Shown here one piece after another: positions 30,023 through 32,000 of a stretch of 32,000 nucleotides of DNA (position 1 is the stretch's first letter; every line of letters starts with the position of its first letter). The DNA is taken from the NCBI GenBank assembly GCA_958295735.1, contig OY282369.1, positions 324,161 through 356,160 of the forward strand. The letters are read 5' to 3'. This stretch comes from an uncultured Candidatus Cenarchaeum sp. (GTDB lineage Archaea > Thermoproteota > Nitrososphaeria > Nitrososphaerales > Nitrosopumilaceae). The notes beneath the pieces were generated by a model. That model did no database searches. It saw nothing but the letters and a program-made list of their open reading frames with translations, and was not told the origin of the DNA. The translations under genes and the position numbers were made by a program.

Positions 30023-31172
30023 GATACTGTTCCCCCGTCTGCTTGTCCGTCACGATCTTGGCCCCGGGCGGCGGCAACTTCCGCCGGAATGCCAAGGCAG
30101 GCGTCTCTCTCCTCTTTTGAGGGACATGTGCCTCCTGTCGTAGTTGTACCACTTGATCAGCCTGGCCGCCGGATCCGTCTGTCCAGACGAGTTGTATATG
30201 TCCCCCGCGCGGCCCGTACGCGGGCCGCGGACGGTCTTGTGGCGCGACGCGCCGATGAACCTGGCAGCCTGCGCTGCAGCTCCCCGTGGAACCTCTCCAG
30301 CTTGCCGATGGTCTGGGGGTGGTTGATGCGTGCCAGCGCGTGCCGCATGCCAGGCCTGGCCAGCTCCTTCTCGAACTCCGTCTCGCCCCTCCTCCCGGAC
30401 TCCGACTCGTTGGCGCAGGACTGGGACCCGTGGTCGGTCATGACGGATGCGGGCCTGCCGTGCTCCTCCATCGCCTTCCCGAGGACATCCAGCGCGTGCT
30501 TCCCAGCGGCCTCCTCGAACACGCCGAAGCCGGTTATGAGGCACGAGGCATCGTCCATGCACTCGATGAACCATCTCCCGCCATACAGCATCTTGCAGTC
30601 GGTGTGCCACGCGTAGTTGGAATGCGTCCTCTCGAACCTGACCCGCTCGCGCTGCCCGCTCTTCTTGGGTTGCGCCTCCGCCATGTCCTCGCCCATCAGC
30701 ACCTTGTGTATGGTGTTGCGCGGTATATGTAGGCCGGTATCCTCCTTGTTGTCCTCCTCCAGCCCGCGTGCCCCGCACTCGTTCCTGTGCCTGCCGGAGC
30801 ACGGCAGAGTGCTCCCTGCGTCCGGGGATGCTGCCGGCCTGCCCATGCGGGCGGGGTACGCGATGTCCTTGGGCTCGCAGCCCCCGTACCTCCCCCACAG
30901 CCTCTTGACCCAGGACGCCGAGACCTTCATGGCCTCCGCCATCCGCGCGTCCGTCATCTCGCCCTCGCGCTTCTGGCGGACTACCCACCTGACGCGGCCC
31001 TCGTTCAGCTTCATGGCTCCGGCCTGCCGTGCCCCGACTTATTGCTTTGGATCGGGGCAAAGGCCGACCCCCCGCCTTCATTCCCACTCCGCGGATCACC
31101 CGTTCAGCACGCCTCCGTCGTCCGGCTTGGGCGCACGCGCGCGCGTGCAGAAGGGGGTCACTGCTTTTGGGA
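29989..31172. mobile_element. IS element (~1.2 kb, rve/DDE transposase, IS481/IS3-superfamily-like); boundaries tentative
   Basis: Candidate imperfect terminal inverted repeats: 29989 'tcccaaaagtggcgaccctcccttc' versus the reverse complement of 31149-31172, 'tcccaaaagcagtgacccccttc'. An outer 'attgtg' also matches. I found no target-site duplication. Confidence 0.5.
30050..31014 (-). pseudogene. DDE (rve-type) transposase with a C-terminal frameshift
   Basis: The 285-aa frame holds an HTH (MTDARMAEAMKVSASWVKRLW), then WHTDCKML, MTDHGSQ and HPQTIGKLERFHGEL, and then becomes junk. The conserved tail (AARLIKWYNYDRRHMSLK) lies in another frame that ends at the TGA at 30050-30052. Confidence 0.8.
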
Positions 31173-31249
31173 CTACACAATCCGGGGCCGCCGCCGCGGG
31201 CGGCCGCGCCCCGCCTCAGAATAAATAGAGAACGCGCGGGGCCGCGCCC

Positions 31250-31960
31250 GTGAGATCCGTGATACTGGCCGGCGGCCTCGGGACGAGGCTGCAGCCGTAC
31301 ACCATGTTCCTCCCCAAGCCCATGCTCCCCCTCGGCGAAAAGCCGCTCCTGGAGCACCTCGTGGACTGGAACAAGAGGAACGGCGTCCGCCACATAGTCA
31401 TGTGCGTGAGCTACCTGAGGAAGACCATACAGGACTACTTTGAGAACGGCGGGAGGTTCGGCGTGGAGATCGAGTACGCCGTCTCGGACAGGCCGCTCGC
31501 GACGGCCGGCCAGCTCAGGACGGCCGCCGGCCTGCTCGACGGCGGGGGCGGGCCGTTCGCCTGCATGTACGGCGACTCGGTATTCGATTTTGGGCTGAGG
31601 GGCATGGCGAGGCTCCACCGGAAGAGGGGCTCGTTCATCACGATGGGCCTGTACGAGTACAGGACGAGCCTCCAGTACGGGGTGATCGAGACGGACGCGG
31701 GCGGGACGGTCACGAAATGGGACGAAAAGCCCGAGATCAAGGCCCGCATAAACATGGGCTGCTACATCATGGAGCCGGGCGTCATGGACTACATACCGGC
31801 CGGAAAGCCGTACGGGATGGACGGCCTGGTGCGCGGGGCCATGGCGGCGGGCAGGCCCGTGGGCAGCTTCACCACGAAGAAGGGGTTCACGGACATCGGC
31901 GACAAGGCCTCGTACAAGAAGGCGTACCAGCGGTTCCTCGAAAAGCTGGGCAGCATATGA
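31250..31960 (+). CDS. sugar-1-phosphate nucleotidyltransferase (glucose-1-P thymidylyl/uridylyltransferase-like)
   Basis: (GTG)RSVILAGGLGTRLQPYTMFLPKPMLPLGEKPLLEHLV... carries the N-terminal GxGTRL signature. A TATA box 'agaataaatagag' (31218-31231) lies ~20 nt upstream. Confidence 0.9.
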   Translation: MRSVILAGGLGTRLQPYTMFLPKPMLPLGEKPLLEHLVDWNKRNGVRHIVMCVSYLRKTIQDYFENGGRFGVEIEYAVSDRPLATAGQLRTAAGLLDGGGGPFACMYGDSVFDFGLRGMARLHRKRGSFITMGLYEYRTSLQYGVIETDAGGTVTKWDEKPEIKARINMGCYIMEPGVMDYIPAGKPYGMDGLVRGAMAAGRPVGSFTTKKGFTDIGDKASYKKAYQRFLEKLGSI

Positions 31961-32000
31961 GCGGGATCGTAATACGGAGGGCCGCCGAGGGCGACGTCGC
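31957..32000 (+). CDS. next gene, 5' fragment (ATGA-coupled to the nucleotidyltransferase)
   Basis: The ATG at 31957 overlaps the TGA at 31958-31960 and reads MSGIVIRRAAEGDV... It is truncated by the window edge. Confidence 0.4.
   Translation, partial: MSGIVIRRAAEGDV

Noticed and set aside
30050-31618. 522-aa minus-strand ORF as a single gene
   Set aside because: Only its last ~75 codons make sense, as the transposase C-terminal tail. The rest is antisense to the nucleotidyltransferase gene, or out of frame with the transposase core.

Overview
This is a high-GC archaeal chromosomal window, almost certainly from an ammonia-oxidising thaumarchaeon (Nitrosopumilales; the composition and amo proteins look Cenarchaeum symbiosum-like). 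Its core is the ammonia monooxygenase cluster: amoA(-), amoX(-), amoC(-) and a divergent amoB(+), at 14.8-19.2 kb. Other recognisable genes:
- three thioredoxin-fold proteins (DsbA-like, DUF255/YyaL-like, redoxin-like);
- two stand-alone N6-adenine DNA methyltransferases;
- a wHTH regulator;
- five tRNA genes: Ala x2 (one degenerate), Ile with an intron, Leu with two introns, and Thr;
- a housekeeping block of rps15, a recJ-like DHH gene, a pcc1-like gene, serS and thiDN;
- a sugar-phosphate nucleotidyltransferase.

Real genes have TATA-like boxes about 22-30 nt upstream of their start codons and T-tracts after their stops. They are separated by unusually long, extremely GC-rich spacers full of tandem repeats. 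All six frames stay open in these spacers, so many long ORFs in the track are shadow ORFs.

The most unusual locus lies at 8.5-10.6 kb. A ~1.4 kb cassette is bounded by ~300 bp direct repeats, each carrying a whole tRNA-Ala gene plus a bidirectional promoter. The cassette holds one unknown gene followed by five tandem, ATGA-overlapping mini-genes for a ~55-aa Cys/His-rich protein. The flanks of these mini-genes are nucleotide-identical, while their cores are mosaic and variable.

Also notable:
- an AT-rich foreign-looking island (29.0-30.0 kb) with a truncated metzincin next to a ~1.2 kb IS whose transposase is frameshifted;
- a gene broken across three frames (28.1-29.0 kb);
- a tandem repeat whose poly-G tract lengthens stepwise (22.0-22.4 kb).

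All calls come from reading the sequence and ORF translations. No database searches were run.
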